A DNA stretch of 64,000 nt from Candidatus Nomurabacteria bacterium (GCA_023898465.1 CP060223.1:512001-576000), one strand, 5' to 3'. Positions 35,921 to 45,670 are shown, counted from the first letter of the stretch. The notes: generated by a model not told the origin, from the letters alone. Numbers and translations are program-made.

Positions 35921-37066
35921 CTAGGCTGTGGGTATTTCGGGTGGTGTTTGCGTTAAGGTATAGTCCCCGTTATCTAATCGAGTAAACATTTGTCGATTGG
36001 TCAGCGCCAAATGAATGGTGTTCTTTTTCACGACACGCTGAGAAAGCACCTCAGCAACCAGTGCTTCTCGGCTCATCGGCTCACCTTTTTTGCGAAGAAT
36101 GTCAGCTAACACTTCAGCTACCACACCTTCTTTGTAGCCCCACTCGCGCAAGGCATAAATTCCACGGCCAACTAACACATATTCCTTATTGAGAATCAGC
36201 TCATTATGCACGGTCGGCGGATATGCTTTACGAGGATCAAAGCCGGCGGTATTAATCCGCTTTGCAATTTCAGTGAAGTGAAGAGGTTGGCCCTCTTTCT
36301 TTAGGATAAGGTAAATCTTATCATTCATACGACGAGGAGAAATGCTTCCCCAGCTCGTCAAACCATATTCGTCAAAAGGATTGCGTCCTAAATCCTTACC
36401 CAGCTGCAAGGCTGAATGCAACATATCATCTGACAACGCATGCTCATGAATTTTTGCAAACTCTGTCTGGCGAAACTCTTGGAGTAAGTCTGGCAACTCA
36501 ACCGGGTGTCCGATCTTGGTAACCACGCTGACTAACTCACGAACAGTCTGTCGCAAGAGATCGAGTCCGGCACCCTTTAGTTTCCAGGCCCGGCGCATTG
36601 TTTCGCTCTCAGGCATCAATTCAACAGTATCTTTTAGTAATTCACTCAAGACAAAAATAACCGCTCGGCGATTCATGTCGCTTGGACCAGAAAAGCTGAG
36701 TAAGTGTTCGAGGAGCGCTTCCTCTTCCATAATGCCGCCCCGAGCAGTCAGCGTGGTAGTCAAAAGCTGCTGCACCTGGTGCATTACCTGATCAAAGACC
36801 TTGGCTCGGCGGATTTTCTTTACCGCAGTTCCCTCAATCTGGCGAATACGCTCACGAGTAACCTGATAAAGCGCACCAATCTCTTCTAGGGTCTGCGTTT
36901 CTTTGCCGCTTAAACCGTGTCGGCGACGTAAAATATCCTCTTCCTTTCCTGTTAGCTCTTTGAGTAACAAAGAAATGGTTTCAGAGGGGTTAAATTGCTC
37001 CATATCAGTTTGCTGCTTGGAGCTGAGGATTTTGTCCAAAATTGAGTTGGACTCGTTTGTATCCAT
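35921..37066 (-). CDS. Sigma-70 region-4-type HTH domain protein fused to a large C-terminal domain (putative transcription regulator)
   Basis: N-terminal LEEIGALYQVTRERIRQIEGTAVKKIRR is a region-4 HTH. The remaining roughly 300 aa have no recognised domain. ATG at 37064-37066. Confidence 0.55.
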   Translation of the reverse strand: MDTNESNSILDKILSSKQQTDMEQFNPSETISLLLKELTGKEEDILRRRHGLSGKETQTLEEIGALYQVTRERIRQIEGTAVKKIRRAKVFDQVMHQVQQLLTTTLTARGGIMEEEALLEHLLSFSGPSDMNRRAVIFVLSELLKDTVELMPESETMRRAWKLKGAGLDLLRQTVRELVSVVTKIGHPVELPDLLQEFRQTEFAKIHEHALSDDMLHSALQLGKDLGRNPFDEYGLTSWGSISPRRMNDKIYLILKKEGQPLHFTEIAKRINTAGFDPRKAYPPTVHNELILNKEYVLVGRGIYALREWGYKEGVVAEVLADILRKKGEPMSREALVAEVLSQRVVKKNTIHLALTNRQMFTRLDNGDYTLTQTPPEIPTA

Positions 37067-37100
37067 TGACGTATTGCTTACAATCAAGCGTACTAACGAT

Positions 37101-37129
37101 AATATAGCACATTAGCAAAAATATGTCAA
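37101..37129 (-). promoter_or_regulatory. Sigma70-like promoter (minus strand) TTGACA-N17-TATATT upstream of the region-4 HTH gene
   Basis: Reverse complement of 37124-37129 is TTGACA and of 37101-37106 is TATATT, with a 17-nt spacer. Confidence 0.35.
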
Positions 37130-37177
37130 GCTATTTGACCAAAACAAAAAACCTTTCAATCCGTCCCCTATCTTAGC

Positions 37178-38089
37178 TTAACGAAAGCGTCGCGCTCGCC
37201 AATTATGCCACTCAACCAATAACGTGCTGGCAATGAAAATTGAGGAGTAAGTTCCCACGATAATACCCGCAATCAGCGCTATCACAAACATACGAATTGA
37301 CTCTCCTCCCAGTACCGCCAGAGCAACTAATACAAACAATGTCGTCATCGAGGTATTAATAGAGCGCGACATGGTCTCATTAATACTCCGGTTAGCGATT
37401 TCTTCAAAAGGCTCATTATGATAACGCTGGATACCCTCACGAATACGATCAAAAACAACAATGGTATCGTGCACTGAGAATCCTAGCACCGTAAGTAAAG
37501 CTGTTACAAAAAGTGAATCAACCTCTGTGCCAAATATCTGACCAAAGAGCACAAAGAGACCTACGATAATAGAAATATCATGAATCAATGCAACAATCGC
37601 GCCAACGCCAAATACCCAACTGGGCACCGGTCCGCCACGAGAAATCTTACGGAAGGCCCAAGTGATATACGCGATGATACCTATGAGAACTAAAGCAATG
37701 GCTGAATACGCTTTCTTGCGCAACTCTTGACCAATACTCGGTCCAATCGCAGTAAATGAATCTTCACTCACCTGCTCTTCTTGTAAAGCGCTTAAGGCAT
37801 CTAGGACTGATTGGCGCTCGTCATTGCTTAAGGCGCGTGTTTTTAGGATGAGGCTTTTTTCGTTAGAAGGAACTGCTTGATAAGAACCCAGGTCTAGAGG
37901 ATTCAATGCGTCTTGTATCGTCGAAAGTTCTGGACGAAGTTCTGGGAAGCTTATCTCCAATCGAGAACCGCCAGTGAAATCAATACCAGGCTTCAAGCCC
38001 CAAATCAAAGCACCGACAATAGAGGCCACAACAAGTATCGCGGAAATGATAGTAAAATATTTTCGCTTTTGGATAATCTTTAGCGTCAT
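37178..38089 (-). CDS. secF: Protein translocase subunit SecF
   Basis: SecF-type N-terminus (IIQKRKYFTIISAILVVASIVG...GIDFTGG) and a 6-TM SecDF C-domain. Its ATG at 38087-38089 overlaps the secD TGA (ATGA). Confidence 0.85.
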   Translation of the reverse strand: MTLKIIQKRKYFTIISAILVVASIVGALIWGLKPGIDFTGGSRLEISFPELRPELSTIQDALNPLDLGSYQAVPSNEKSLILKTRALSNDERQSVLDALSALQEEQVSEDSFTAIGPSIGQELRKKAYSAIALVLIGIIAYITWAFRKISRGGPVPSWVFGVGAIVALIHDISIIVGLFVLFGQIFGTEVDSLFVTALLTVLGFSVHDTIVVFDRIREGIQRYHNEPFEEIANRSINETMSRSINTSMTTLFVLVALAVLGGESIRMFVIALIAGIIVGTYSSIFIASTLLVEWHNWRARRFR

Positions 38090-39750
38090 ACTTGTTCCTT
38101 CTTCCGTACTCCATACAGCCAGGCCACACTCACCCATCGTTGAGTGAGACGTAAGAATGTGCGCGTAACTACAATGGCTGAAAACATACTTACTAAAATA
38201 CCAATCGCTAAGGTAATCGCGAATCCTTTAATGATACTTGTACCAAACCAGGCCAAGATAAAAGTGGTAATTAAACTTGAAATGTTTGAATCGCGAATAG
38301 ACAACCAAGCGCGTCGGAAACCCTCTTCAATCGCTTGATTAAGTGGTCGACCTTCACGCAACTCTTCTTTCATGCGTTCAAAAATAAGCACGTTTGCGTC
38401 TACTGCCATTCCGATGGAAAGAATAAATCCAGCAATTCCAGCTAGAGTCAAAGTCACTGGCCAGAGAATAAAGATGGCAAAAACTACGGCGGAGTATACC
38501 CCTAAAGCCAAAACTGAGATAAGGCCAGGCAAGCGATAATAGAGAATCATAAAGAGCGCAACTAAGCCGAGCCCAATTATGCCAGCAACAAAACTAGACT
38601 GCACTGAACGCTCACCAAGGGTTGGTCCTACATTCTGTTGAGAAACAAGCGTAATTGGTACTGGCAGTGCACCAGCATTTAAATTACGAGCTAAGTCTCG
38701 CGCTTCTTGCAAGGTAAAATCACCTGAGATAACCGCTTCTCCACTCGTGATAGCCTGCTGAACTGTTGGTAAGCTTAATGGGAAGCCATCTAAATAAATA
38801 GCCACCACCTTGCCAACATTGCGCTCAGTAATTTCTTTAAAAAGCTGTGTACCCTCGCTATTGAAATTCAAACTAATCTCTGGAGTATTGGTAGTTTGAT
38901 CAAACACGACTGAAGCTCGTTCCAAATCCTTACCCGATAGCCCAGTTGCCACAAAATCGGTTGAGGGTTCAGTTGACTGCAGTATAAAAAGAATATGACT
39001 ACCTTGAACTTCTCGCACATCTTGCCCATCTTGATTCGCTGTACGCTCGTCGGTCTTCTTAATAATATGCAGACCGAATTGCGATTCAACCAGCTCCGGA
39101 TACACCTGCCCGACCGCTAAATCACCGAAGAGAACGTCATCGAATTCTTGCACGAAAGTGCCTTGTTGCGCAAAACCGAGATCGCCCCCATTATCTTTAC
39201 TACCCGGATCTTCGGAATAGAGTTGGGCCAATTGAGCAAAATCAGCGTCAGGTTGAAGCGCTTGTGCTAATACGTCTTGTGCTTTTTTTCGCACTTCTTC
39301 GTTTTGCGCCTCTATGGCTGCTGGATCCTCTGGTGTGGTCTCAATCTGTTCACGAAATTCTAAGGTTGGAGTTTGACCAATCTGCGCGATTGCCTGGTTC
39401 ACGTCAGTGACACCTGGTAATTCAATCGAGACTCGCCATTGATCGCCAGCCTTTTGCGTTTGGACAACTGGCTCGGATACACCAAAGGCATTCACTCGAC
39501 GCTCAATAACATCGCGAACACCTTCTACAGCGTCTTGCGCCTCAGCTGGAGCTACTTGCGATAGATCAGCGTCATAGAGCAATGACACGCCGCCTTGCAA
39601 ATCCAAACCCAGCTGAACAGGTAAATCAATAGTCCAGTCTACTGGCCCTACGTGAATCCGGATTGGTTTTTGATAGTCAATGGTACCAGCTAGCAGGGTG
39701 AGCAATAGAATCCCGGCAAAACTGAGCCAAACTTTCTTCCGTACGGTCAT
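38086..39750 (-). CDS. secD: Protein translocase subunit SecD
   Basis: GLDLQGG motif, a periplasmic P1 domain and a C-terminal 6-TM domain. 554 aa. Confidence 0.9.
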   Translation of the reverse strand: MTVRKKVWLSFAGILLLTLLAGTIDYQKPIRIHVGPVDWTIDLPVQLGLDLQGGVSLLYDADLSQVAPAEAQDAVEGVRDVIERRVNAFGVSEPVVQTQKAGDQWRVSIELPGVTDVNQAIAQIGQTPTLEFREQIETTPEDPAAIEAQNEEVRKKAQDVLAQALQPDADFAQLAQLYSEDPGSKDNGGDLGFAQQGTFVQEFDDVLFGDLAVGQVYPELVESQFGLHIIKKTDERTANQDGQDVREVQGSHILFILQSTEPSTDFVATGLSGKDLERASVVFDQTTNTPEISLNFNSEGTQLFKEITERNVGKVVAIYLDGFPLSLPTVQQAITSGEAVISGDFTLQEARDLARNLNAGALPVPITLVSQQNVGPTLGERSVQSSFVAGIIGLGLVALFMILYYRLPGLISVLALGVYSAVVFAIFILWPVTLTLAGIAGFILSIGMAVDANVLIFERMKEELREGRPLNQAIEEGFRRAWLSIRDSNISSLITTFILAWFGTSIIKGFAITLAIGILVSMFSAIVVTRTFLRLTQRWVSVAWLYGVRKKEQV

Positions 39751-39870
39751 ACGGGAAGATTGTAGGACAAAAAGAGTAAGTAATCAAGTGGCGAAAAACA
39801 AAACTCGGCATGACCATTAGGCATCACGCACCTGTTACTATTTGGCTTTTACCGCCTGCTCGTCCCCAGC

Positions 39871-41292
39871 TTAATCCTGCACTACCACTTTGGTTCCTAT
39901 TGGCGCCCACTCATACACCCACTTTGCATTCGATTCTGAGATATTAATGCAGCCATGGCTCATAGGATGACCAAAGTTATTATGCCAATACGCGGTGTGC
40001 AGATAGTAATGTGGAGTGAAATTAAGATTCCACTTCACGTCCTTAATATCGTAGTTGTCCGGATGCTGCGGGCCGTAGGTCCACTCATAGTCCATGACCG
40101 GCACTTTGCGATAAATCGCGAACTCACCTTTTGGTGAAGGATAGCGCGCTACTCCGCTGGAGATGAGGAAGCTATTTTGGAGGACTCCATCGTCATAGGC
40201 ATATAAGCGCTGCTCAGAAAGATCCACCACAATGCGTTTCCCTACCTGATCCACACTTGCAACGACCAAGCGATTTGGCCCAGTCACAATTTCGTCTTCA
40301 CCATCTGCATCAATATCGCCAGCGGCAATGAAGAGGCCGCCACGGAAATCTCCACTATAGGCAAAGAAGTCGCGCAGGTATTCGCCCTGCGCAGTGAAGG
40401 CACGTACGTGTGGTCCACCGTTTCCATTGGCTGCTACGAGTAATTCATCGCGACCATCAAAATCTAAATCCGCTCCAGCAATATTTACCCCACCACGGAA
40501 CGCTAGCGGAAAGGCGATGAACTCACTAATGATAGGGCGATCTGGTGCTACGTCATATACCTTCACCCAAGCATGGCCAAAGCGATGCAGCGCGAAAAGA
40601 ATTTCGTCATCACCATCACCATTCACATCCGCAGTAGCCACACTTAACCCGCCGCGTTCGTATTTTGCAAATGGCCAAAAGTCCAGACCTTGATATTCAC
40701 CATCAAGTGAAAAAAGTCTAGCTTGGTTTCCGCTATCAAAACCCGAAGCAGTAATAATCATACCAGTGCCGCTACCATTGAGATCGCCACAAGCAACAGT
40801 AACTCCGCCACGAAAAGCGCTGTCGTAGGCCATGAAGCTAGAAAGCTCCTCGCCTTCCATGGTGTAGACCTTCACATTTGGTCCGCCGCCGCGACGTGGA
40901 CCGGTCACGATTTCTGCAATACCGTCATTATTCAAATCACAACTCGCCACGTAAATACCTTTTCGGAACGCATCCATATACGCATAGAAGCTGCTGAGCT
41001 TTACTCCCTCGCTCGTGAAGACTTGCACGTTTGGTCCGCCGCCTGGACCCGCTCCCACAATTATTTCATCTTTACCATCTCCGTTTACATCTCCAGTCGC
41101 TACGCTTGCTCCACCTTGAAAGGCTTCAGTGAAACCGTAAAACTGATTTACCTGACTAAAGTGCGTATCAAAAATTCTTATCTCAGGTGAAAGAGAGAGC
41201 TGCACTGCCTGAGCGCCTGAAACAAAAAACACCCCGAAGAGGAGCGTCGTTATGAGTAAGGTATACTTCTGAGCTAGAAAATACTTTTGCAT
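39871..41292 (-). CDS. FG-GAP repeat protein with C-terminal L,D-transpeptidase (YkuD) catalytic domain
   Basis: Repeated D-x-N-x-D-G-x-D-E-I FG-GAP/VCBS calcium-binding motifs (ATGDVNGDGKDEIIVGAG, CDLNNDGIAEIV, ADVNGDGDDEILF, GDIDADGEDEIV). The C-terminus carries an SHGCINI active-site motif. Start at the ATG at 41290-41292 (MQKYF...) with a signal peptide. Confidence 0.75.
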   Translation of the reverse strand: MQKYFLAQKYTLLITTLLFGVFFVSGAQAVQLSLSPEIRIFDTHFSQVNQFYGFTEAFQGGASVATGDVNGDGKDEIIVGAGPGGGPNVQVFTSEGVKLSSFYAYMDAFRKGIYVASCDLNNDGIAEIVTGPRRGGGPNVKVYTMEGEELSSFMAYDSAFRGGVTVACGDLNGSGTGMIITASGFDSGNQARLFSLDGEYQGLDFWPFAKYERGGLSVATADVNGDGDDEILFALHRFGHAWVKVYDVAPDRPIISEFIAFPLAFRGGVNIAGADLDFDGRDELLVAANGNGGPHVRAFTAQGEYLRDFFAYSGDFRGGLFIAAGDIDADGEDEIVTGPNRLVVASVDQVGKRIVVDLSEQRLYAYDDGVLQNSFLISSGVARYPSPKGEFAIYRKVPVMDYEWTYGPQHPDNYDIKDVKWNLNFTPHYYLHTAYWHNNFGHPMSHGCINISESNAKWVYEWAPIGTKVVVQD

Positions 41293-41298
41293 TTGTTT

Positions 41299-41424
41299 GT
41301 CTTTCCAAAAGAAAAGGGAGAACGGGTGAGGAATCAATTTGGACTCGCTAGAAAGCTAGTAAACCCGAAGTGATTCCTCACCCGATAAGACTCTTTTTGT
41401 GTCTCTTTTTGTTTTTGGAAAGAG
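41299..41424. repeat. Long nested inverted repeat (about 125 bp) in the divergent ldt/sodN intergenic region
   Basis: Perfect 14-bp arms CGGGTGAGGAATCA (41323-41336) / TGATTCCTCACCCG (41371-41384) around a 34-nt centre containing GCTAGAAAGCTAG. Outer arms GTCTTTCCAAAAG (41299-41311) / CTTTTGGAAAGAG (41413-41424) extend the structure. Confidence 0.5.
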
Positions 41425-41473
41425 CCGACTGCATACATCATAGCACACTTTTCGCTTCTCGTCAACATATATC

Positions 41474-41501
41474 TTGAGTTCGCTGCTCCTTTTGCTACAA
41501 T
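41474..41501 (+). promoter_or_regulatory. Candidate sodN promoter TTGAGT-N16-TACAAT, with inverted repeat GCTGCT-N14-AGCAGC spanning the -10
   Basis: Read from the sequence. The dyad flanking the -10 element is a plausible repressor site. Confidence 0.3.
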
Positions 41502-41533
41502 AGCAGCACTCAGCATTTACTCTCGACACTTCT

Positions 41534-41986
41534 ATGAAGAAAAAAATTAAGAGCATTTTCTCTAAAGTACTATTTGGCGAGGAGGCTTCGGCCCACTGTG
41601 ATGGACCTTGTGGAGTATACGATGGTGCCTCCGCGGAAATTGCCGCGCGAGCAGCAGTGAGCATGACTAAGAAGCTCCTTGAGCTCACAACGCCCACTCC
41701 GCAATCAAGTCCAGAAGATAAACTCAACTACCACCACACCGTTGCCCGCTATACACTGATCAAAGAGGAGCAAAGTGAAATTGCCAAGCGCGAACTTCTC
41801 ATACTCTGGACTGATTTTTTCAAACCAGAGCATCTCGATGCTTTTCCTGATTTGCATGAGTTCATTTGGAAGCTTGCCAAACAGTGTTCATATGTGAAGC
41901 AGCACGTTGATCTCGAAGCAGCTGAAAAAATGCACGCTGATATCATGAAGCTGGCTGAGATGCATCATCAGGCCTCTCACCACTAA
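41534..41986 (+). CDS. sodN: Nickel-containing superoxide dismutase precursor
   Basis: Ni-hook motif HCDGPCGVYD immediately after a 20-aa N-terminal propeptide (MKKKIKSIFSKVLFGEEASA). Four-helix-bundle length (150 aa). Confidence 0.9.
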   Translation: MKKKIKSIFSKVLFGEEASAHCDGPCGVYDGASAEIAARAAVSMTKKLLELTTPTPQSSPEDKLNYHHTVARYTLIKEEQSEIAKRELLILWTDFFKPEHLDAFPDLHEFIWKLAKQCSYVKQHVDLEAAEKMHADIMKLAEMHHQASHH

Positions 41987-41987
41987 A

Positions 41988-42287
41988 ATGCATTTTAATC
42001 TACCTCGACATATTGTTGTGCGAGGTGAAAGTATGCTGCCTGCGCTAAAGCCCGGGCAGCATTGCTTTGTGCTCCCCTACTACTTTAGCTCTCCAAAAAT
42101 AAATGATGTGGTGCTGGCTCGCGATCCACGAAATAATGCCTTGATCATAAAACGCATCGCTGAAGTACAAAAAATGGGTGAACACAATTTGTATACACTG
42201 CATGGTGACAACGCTGCGAAAAGTACTGACAGTCGCCAGCTTGGTCAATGGGATAGGAAGAATATCCTAGGTAGAATTTTTGTCTAA
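41988..42287 (+). CDS. sodX: NiSOD maturation endopeptidase (S26 signal-peptidase-like)
   Basis: S26 catalytic Ser motif (RGESMLPAL) and the Lys/Asp box region (IIKRIAE...GDNAAKSTDSR). 99 aa. Starts 1 nt after the sodN stop. Confidence 0.8.
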   Translation: MHFNLPRHIVVRGESMLPALKPGQHCFVLPYYFSSPKINDVVLARDPRNNALIIKRIAEVQKMGEHNLYTLHGDNAAKSTDSRQLGQWDRKNILGRIFV

Positions 42288-42806
42288 GCGCTGCTTCTTA
42301 TGTCTACCTTGCAGCACGATAACAAAGCCTATAGTGAAAGCTAACAAGACTCCTCCAGCAATACTGAGAATAAGCACTCCCCGGGCAATTTCTTCCGGGT
42401 CAGAAGCTTTTGCCGCAACACGAAATGAAAAAGTTTTTTCTACCAACTCGCCATCAGCGGCAATTACTTTTACATTCAGGTCATAGGTCCCGGGCAAGCT
42501 AAAGCGATAAAGGAAATCAGGACTATTCGCACTCATATTAACAGCTGCTAAAACGATGTCATCTTGAGAAAGACTAACCTGTACGTTCTGGGCTAACTGA
42601 TCACGAATTTCTTCACCGTCCAAGACAAAAACAAACTTGGTGCTTTGCAGTATCATCACATCTTCTGCATCAGAACGTAGATCAAGCGTATGTGTCTGAG
42701 CAAAGACCAATTGTCCCCACAACAATCCGAGCATTAAACTGATAAGCAACAGTAGTCCCGGATATACACGGGTAAGAAAAAAAATATCTTGTCGACCTAA
42801 TCTCAT
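42267..42806 (-). CDS. Secreted/membrane hypothetical protein
   Basis: Signal peptide (LLLLISLMLGLLWGQLVFAQT) and a C-terminal TM anchor. ATG at 42804-42806. Confidence 0.45.
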   Translation of the reverse strand: MRLGRQDIFFLTRVYPGLLLLISLMLGLLWGQLVFAQTHTLDLRSDAEDVMILQSTKFVFVLDGEEIRDQLAQNVQVSLSQDDIVLAAVNMSANSPDFLYRFSLPGTYDLNVKVIAADGELVEKTFSFRVAAKASDPEEIARGVLILSIAGGVLLAFTIGFVIVLQGRHKKQRLDKNST

Positions 42807-42822
42807 AATAATCTCTTTCACG

Positions 42823-43290
42823 CTAACGCTTTAACCAATCGTATGGGTGATCGATGTATTGCGATGCGGTAAAACCAAGCTTGCGACAAATACCCTCTAC
42901 TCCAGCCTGATCTTTGCCTTGAATCTCTAAAAAGGTTCCCAGGTCATGTACGTGATCAATCGCCACCTCGACACCATCTTGTTTAAATAACTCGCGATGC
43001 TTTTCAATCTTTACCAAGTTTTCATCCTGCTTCACTTTGCCATCGCGATCTGCGGCACTAAGGTGCTCCTGCGTAAGCTTGAAAAGTGCACCTTCCTTTT
43101 CAATAAATTCATGAAGAGTGGTACGACCTGAGACGGTAATTTTCTCAGTTTTACCACTATCTCCACCAGACCCCAAATAGTAGTCGACTTCATCAACTTC
43201 AGTCCCATCTCCTAAGTCAAGCTTCTCCTTGATCATTGGAATAAAGGAGTCCTTGATGCGGATCATGATTTGGAAATAGGTCTCTGTCAT
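42823..43290 (-). CDS. CYTH-domain protein (CyaB-like / triphosphate tunnel metalloenzyme)
   Basis: About 155 aa with an acidic N-terminal motif, and a C-terminus (GTFLEIQGKDQAGVEGICRKLGF...SQYIDHPYDWL) that matches the CYTH pattern. Confidence 0.55.
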   Translation of the reverse strand: MTETYFQIMIRIKDSFIPMIKEKLDLGDGTEVDEVDYYLGSGGDSGKTEKITVSGRTTLHEFIEKEGALFKLTQEHLSAADRDGKVKQDENLVKIEKHRELFKQDGVEVAIDHVHDLGTFLEIQGKDQAGVEGICRKLGFTASQYIDHPYDWLKR

Positions 43291-43355
43291 AACATCCCTA
43301 GTATAGCATAAAACCGATAGCACTTGAACCCCGACTCAGTGCTACAGGTATATTC

Positions 43356-44054
43356 CTAACTTTGTGGAATACGCGCTTTTATTTTAGGACTTTGGAGCTC
43401 GCGCAACGCATCTAAGGCTATCCAGCGACCACTCTTACTTGGTGAATCTTTGAGGATTTTAGCAGTCTCAATAGCTAAGCTATGCAAAGTACGATTTCGT
43501 TTACCAATCTGACGCAGGGCCCAATTCACTGCTTTTTTCACAAAGTTACGCTCATCGCCTGATTGCGCAATGCAGGCCCGTAGGAAAGGCACGAATTGCC
43601 TGTCTTCTGCTGTTTTATGATGCCAAGCCAAAGCAGCCATGAGCGCAAACCCGGCTCGACGGACAAATTCTTCTTTACGCTTAGCCCATTGCAGAGCAAT
43701 CGCAAATGCATATGGGGTCTTATCAAATAAACTCGCGCAGACCTGATCACACACGTCCCATGAATCAAAATCTTTTACCCAAGCATTCATCTGAGCTTTA
43801 CTTACCCTACTCGGTTCATCGATGAAAGCAGCCAGAATACGTGCTTCATGTTTAGCGCTTTTCCAGAGAGCCAGCGCCAGGGCATGATCTTTGCCGTACT
43901 GCTTAGCGTATTTGCGTAACCAAACTACCGACACACCAAAAGCGCTTTGCGTTTTAATACCAAAGCGACTCATGCCGGCTCGATTCTTCGCGCTCCCCTG
44001 CTTCTTTAGATCTGATAATATTTTTTGTACTTGCGCTTGAGTAGACATATTCAT
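43356..44054 (-). CDS. DNA alkylation repair protein (AlkD/AlkC-like HEAT-repeat glycosylase family)
   Basis: Helical-repeat protein matching the DNA_alkylation family (RAGMSRFGI, WVKDFDSWDVCDQ, ALRQIGKRN). Confidence 0.75.
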   Translation of the reverse strand: MNMSTQAQVQKILSDLKKQGSAKNRAGMSRFGIKTQSAFGVSVVWLRKYAKQYGKDHALALALWKSAKHEARILAAFIDEPSRVSKAQMNAWVKDFDSWDVCDQVCASLFDKTPYAFAIALQWAKRKEEFVRRAGFALMAALAWHHKTAEDRQFVPFLRACIAQSGDERNFVKKAVNWALRQIGKRNRTLHSLAIETAKILKDSPSKSGRWIALDALRELQSPKIKARIPQS

Positions 44055-44111
44055 ATTGCGCGGCCGAAGAATTCATTTTCGGCGAAGATACATTCTTCGC
44101 CTACGGGAAGT

Positions 44112-44891
44112 TTATAACAATTTTTGTTGGCCGGGTTTGCGCTCTACCTCTCTGGCTGCTGCACGATACGCACAGTAGTCACAATCCTCGGCAGAGTCAG
44201 GTATATGTGAGCTGGATAAACAATCTTTTGCTTCTACCAGCACTTCGTCTACCCATCCATCATTTCCTTTGTATGGAATCACCTTCACATCAAACTCAAG
44301 CTTGGCATCAAAGGCCTTTGCATCAGTTTTACCATTGCAATAGACAAAGTAAGCGGTCGGAGAAACTTTAAAACCATTTTGACGCAGAAGCCATTGATAC
44401 ACTTCAACCTGCCGCTTATACCCAATCTGCCAATCAGCGTCTAATGAAACCTCGCCGTCTTTTGCCGTCGCCTTGTAATCAACCACGTGCAACTCATCTT
44501 TATCATTCACCCAGATGTCATCTACACCACCGGTTACCAGGAAACCACTTGGCACGTGATGAAAAGCAACTCCGCCTCGCAGCGCATCACGCCATTCATC
44601 CATTTTTGCATGGGCAAAAGGAATCGCTTTGATGCCATAGGCCGCTAACATGGGATGAGCAGTTTTTTTCACCCGATGCAGGTCAAATTCCTTTTTTAAT
44701 AATGCATCAACTGCGGAGTTGAGATTAAAGGGAAATCCTGGTGGCTGTGCTACGCCTAATCGCCGATCAAGATAAAAACATCTTTGACAATTGAGAAAAA
44801 GGTCAATCTTTGATCGACTAAGTCGGAAAGGACGAGTACTTTTTGGATCGTAGAGATTAGATTTCCGACGCGGATTATAGTATTGACTCAT
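44112..44891 (-). CDS. PD-(D/E)xK nuclease family protein with C-terminal Cys cluster (Cas4/RecB-nuclease-like)
   Basis: VVDYKA ... QVEVYQ core. N-terminal Cys (CQRCFY) and C-terminal CDYCAY are typical of Fe-S Cas4-like nucleases. It is a standalone gene. Confidence 0.6.
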   Translation of the reverse strand: MSQYYNPRRKSNLYDPKSTRPFRLSRSKIDLFLNCQRCFYLDRRLGVAQPPGFPFNLNSAVDALLKKEFDLHRVKKTAHPMLAAYGIKAIPFAHAKMDEWRDALRGGVAFHHVPSGFLVTGGVDDIWVNDKDELHVVDYKATAKDGEVSLDADWQIGYKRQVEVYQWLLRQNGFKVSPTAYFVYCNGKTDAKAFDAKLEFDVKVIPYKGNDGWVDEVLVEAKDCLSSSHIPDSAEDCDYCAYRAAAREVERKPGQQKLL

Positions 44892-44986
44892 GTAGTAAAA
44901 GCATAGCGTGAAAAGGGCCTCAAGGCAACCAATTCAAGTGGTAAAAGTAAAACGCCTGGCAAATAAGTATTCACCAGGCGTCTCAT

Positions 44987-45670
44987 TCAGCTCAGCGGAT
45001 GAGCCTCCAGGTAGGCATTGAGCTCCTGGATACCGCTCGCAACACGTCTCCCTTCATCAGGGGTGATTTCTTCTTCCTCCTCCAGTAGCGAGAGGAGTCC
45101 GGAGAGTGTGAAGAGGGAGTGGAGTTGAATTCCGTTCTTGGCCAAATCCCGCATCCCTCCGCCTTCCCGATCCACCACCACGAGACAGTCGGTCACTACC
45201 AGACCCTTCTCTCGCAGAGCCTGTGCTGCCTCTAGCTTGGAGTCAGCCGCTGTGACGACATCATCAAGCATGAGGCAAGCAGCACCAGCTTGCATGCTCC
45301 CATGCACGATCGAAGCAATCTTCCGCTTCCCTCCCGCCTCACCCTTCTCCATCCGAAGGAGTCGGTCAGCTGGCAAATCAGCTGAGAAGACAAAACTCTC
45401 AGCAAGCGGTTCCGCCGCCGTTGGCAAACCCACGACATGAAAGAAAGCCAGCTCCCTCCGCTGTGCACAGAGACGAAACTCACGGGCAATCTCTGTGATC
45501 AGCAGGGCGGTAAGCTCGCCCCGAGGTGCTACACGCAGGTTGATGTAGATTGGAGAAAGCGGAGCTTCGGGCAAACGATCGTGCACCTTCAGTCTGAATT
45601 CACCCGTCTGCACAATCCCCTTACGGTAGAGCTGCACCCCCAAACGCCTGAGTCTCGATTCCGTAGTCAT
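44987..45670 (-). CDS. pyrE: Orotate phosphoribosyltransferase-like (PyrE family) protein
   Basis: PRPP-binding loop LMLDDVVTAADS (compare E. coli VMLVDDVITAGTA). The N-terminal GEFRLKVH...SPIYINLR region is PyrE-like. This gene is GC-rich (about 57%). Confidence 0.6.
   Translation of the reverse strand: MTTESRLRRLGVQLYRKGIVQTGEFRLKVHDRLPEAPLSPIYINLRVAPRGELTALLITEIAREFRLCAQRRELAFFHVVGLPTAAEPLAESFVFSADLPADRLLRMEKGEAGGKRKIASIVHGSMQAGAACLMLDDVVTAADSKLEAAQALREKGLVVTDCLVVVDREGGGMRDLAKNGIQLHSLFTLSGLLSLLEEEEEITPDEGRRVASGIQELNAYLEAHPLS

Noticed and set aside
40394-41190. Plus-strand ORFs (99 and 155 aa) antisense to the FG-GAP L,D-transpeptidase gene
   Set aside because: They sit inside a gene with clear repeat and catalytic motifs.
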